Positions 60,556 through 64,000 of a stretch of DNA of 64,000 nucleotides are shown here, piece by piece (positions within the stretch are counted from its first letter, which is position 1; each line of letters begins with the position of its first letter). Location of the stretch: the NCBI GenBank assembly GCA_964016885.1, contig OZ024744.1, positions 64,480,001-64,544,000 on the forward strand. Direction: 5' to 3'. The notes under the pieces were generated by a model. It was not told the origin of the DNA. It was given only the letters and a program-made list of their open reading frames with translations, and did no database searches. Made by a program: the position numbers and the translations under genes. The DNA comes from Eledone cirrhosa (lineage: Eukaryota).

Positions 60556-61150
60556 TTCTTTCCATGTCGACAAAAAAGTACCTGTTCGCCGTAAACCCCT
60601 GACCCCACCAGGAGTTATAAGACTATCATACCATATATATACACAGACGTGTGTGTGTGTGTGTGCGCGCGCATCTTTCATCATTGACACTCAACACGTA
60701 CTGGCATAAAATAGACTATATAGGATTTTGTTCGAAGATCATTTGCATGTAGCAAATAAAAAAAAACATTCAGTGGTAATGGTAATTTGCATATAGTTCG
60801 GATTTCGATTGTTATATTTAACTGGCAGTAGCACTAAGACAGCGCTTAAGCAGAATAAAGGTGTATATGAAGACATATATAATACGTTCACAGGAGCAAC
60901 CAGACTGCTGAAGAAAAATATTTTTCCTGTAACGAAACGAAACATTATATATATATAATTGTGTGTGTGTTAGGTAATTCCAAAGGAAATATATATATAT
61001 ATATATATATATATATCCAAGGAGTGTAACTTGGAGTTACTGTAGGTTCACCCGGGTTGAGCACTCGATGTTTAGGTTCACTTCTGTGTCGAGGTGTAGA
61101 GCTAGACAGAGTGTATTATAGTAAAATACTATACGTACACACACACACAC

Positions 61151-61185
<35 letters not shown>

Positions 61186-61600
61186 TTTAGTGATAAGACA
61201 GAAGACAACCAATGAGCGGGAATTGTCCTAGTGTTTGTGATTCCGTGTTTTCGCCCACGTTTTTTAAAATAATATTTATTGGTAACCACACAGCCTCATT
61301 TTTTACTTTTTATATACACACACGCACATTTCGTTTTTGTATTTGTATTTGTTTTTTGCAAGATTTCTTATCTGAAAACGTGTGTTGAAACAGATATTAT
61401 TATACACAGACACACACATACATATGTATCGTGGTTGTTGTTAGGAAGGGCATCGAACTATAGAAAGTAAGCCAAAATACAGGTCCGTATCAGCACTGTC
61501 TTGTTTCATAACGCGACAACCAGTCTAACCCATACAAGCATAGAAAAATAGACGTTAAACAATGTTGATGATATATATATATATATATATATACGATATA

Positions 61601-61931
61601 TTAACAAATGGAAACTATATTTATTTCATTATACATATTTCAAGGACACCAAGTCAAATTATGGTGCGCTTTCATCAGATAAAATATAATATAGATCAGT
61701 TTTATAAATAAATATTGACATACCCTTAAAGAATGCGACCATTTCTATTGGAAGCTCCCGGAGCTTCCAACAGAAATGGTCGCATTCTTTAAGGGTATGT
61801 CAATATTTATTTATAAAACTGATCTATATTATATTTTATCTGATGAAAGCGCACCATAATTTGACTTGGTGTCCTTGAAATGTGTATAATGAAATAAATA
61901 TGGTTTTATAAATATAGTTTCCATTTGTTAA
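61601..61931. repeat. Near-perfect ~160-bp-arm palindrome with 1-nt loop (centre 61759)
   Basis: ..GGAAGCTCC-C-GGAGCTTCC..; two mismatches and one 14-nt indel. Confidence 0.97.
61832..61896 (+). ncRNA. Type I hammerhead ribozyme fold; mirror copy on the minus strand at 61622-61686
   Basis: TATTTTAT-CTGATGA-AAGCGCACCA(loop)TGGTGTCCTT-GAAA-T(G/A)TGTATA-ATGAAATA: helices I and II pair, helix III is short and self-complementary. Confidence 0.6.
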
Positions 61932-62015
61932 ATTATTGGAGTAAAAATACGATATATTGAGTGCTTTATATCAGTTATAAAAATATTTGCTTGTTGTATC
62001 CCAACAATAACTTCT

Positions 62016-62053
<38 letters not shown>

Positions 62054-62057
62054 TTAT

Positions 62058-62285
<228 letters not shown>

Positions 62286-62376
62286 GAGTTAAACAAGATT
62301 CAATGAGTATATTAAAGAATGAGTTTTACAGTAGATTGGAAGCACTCAACGGTAAAAAATTTTTCCAGAGTTATTA

Positions 62377-62639
62377 ATATTAAAATACAAATATTAATAA
62401 AATAGATGTTCTTTTGATCAATTACATTTTATTATACATATTTCGGATGTACAACAGTACGTCCTCATCAGACAAAGTATAATGCCTTGATTAAATCTTA
62501 ACCATTTAACATCTCAGGGTATGTCATGTATCATTATATTTTGTCTGATGAGGACGTACTGTTGTACATCCGAAATATGTATAATAAAATGTAATTCATC
62601 AAAAGAACATCTATTTTATTAATATTTGTATTTTAATAT
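62377..62639. repeat. Inverted repeat with ~108-bp arms and a 47-nt spacer
   Basis: 62377-62484 vs 62532-62639, about two mismatches. Confidence 0.96.
62533..62595 (+). ncRNA. Type I hammerhead ribozyme fold; mirror copy on the minus strand at 62421-62483
   Basis: ATTATATTTTGT-CTGATGA-GGACGTAC(TGTT)GTACATCC-GAAA-TATGTATA-ATAAAATGTAAT: canonical G10.1-C11.1, 12-bp helix I with G.U pairs, putative AUA cleavage triplet at 62581-62583. Confidence 0.72.
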
Positions 62640-62749
62640 ATATATATATATATTGGAAAATGTACGAGATCCTTGATACAGTTAAGTATGTTTGAAAAAA
62701 AGGAAAAGAATGACATCATTTGTTCTAAATAATTTGATTTAATTTTATA

Positions 62750-63680
<931 letters not shown>

Positions 63681-64000
63681 TAATGGCCGTGAAATGATAG
63701 TGTGTATGATGTATACTACACAAATGTTATCAACATACATACATAACATACACACCTATAACTCAGACACAGGCACACATATAATCTCCCTCCAATTTCT
63801 CCCTCCCCCTCTTTATCTCTCTTTCTTCACACTAGCCCCTTCTTTTTCACTCTCTATCTTTCTCCCTCCCTCTTTGTTTCTCCCTTTCTCTCTACCCCAT
63901 CTTTGTCATTTCTGCCCCCCCCCCCTACTTTGTCACTCTTTCTCACTCCCCCTATTTGTCACCCCCTATCTCACTCACTCACTCCCCCCCCCTCTCAATT

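Overview
Eukaryotic, AT-rich, repeat-saturated genomic DNA. The SINE/RTE repertoire and (TA)n/(CA)n density suggest an octopus-like cephalopod; this is an inference from recalled repeat families, not a search. No host protein-coding gene, rRNA or true tRNA gene could be supported, and nearly all supplied ORFs are microsatellite or transposon noise. Layout: (i) 1-14964 is a 38-bp satellite carrying one TTAGGG/TCAGGG motif per monomer, organised as four ~2.6-2.9 kb higher-order repeats plus a scrambled edge; (ii) 15-64 kb is a nest of decayed RTE, R4/Dong-like, CRE-like and Penelope-like retroelement fragments, tRNA-derived SINEs (often head-to-tail) and a TTAA/piggyBac-type MITE that is repeatedly interrupted by LINE insertions; (iii) 32.6-36.2 kb is a 27-bp minisatellite whose main block is open in five of six frames; (iv) 59.7-62.7 kb is a cluster of long inverted repeats. 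Two of these each carry a back-to-back pair of minimal type I hammerhead ribozyme folds (CTGATGA...GAAA) next to (TA)n tracts, the most unusual signal in the window. Boundaries of decayed elements are approximate.
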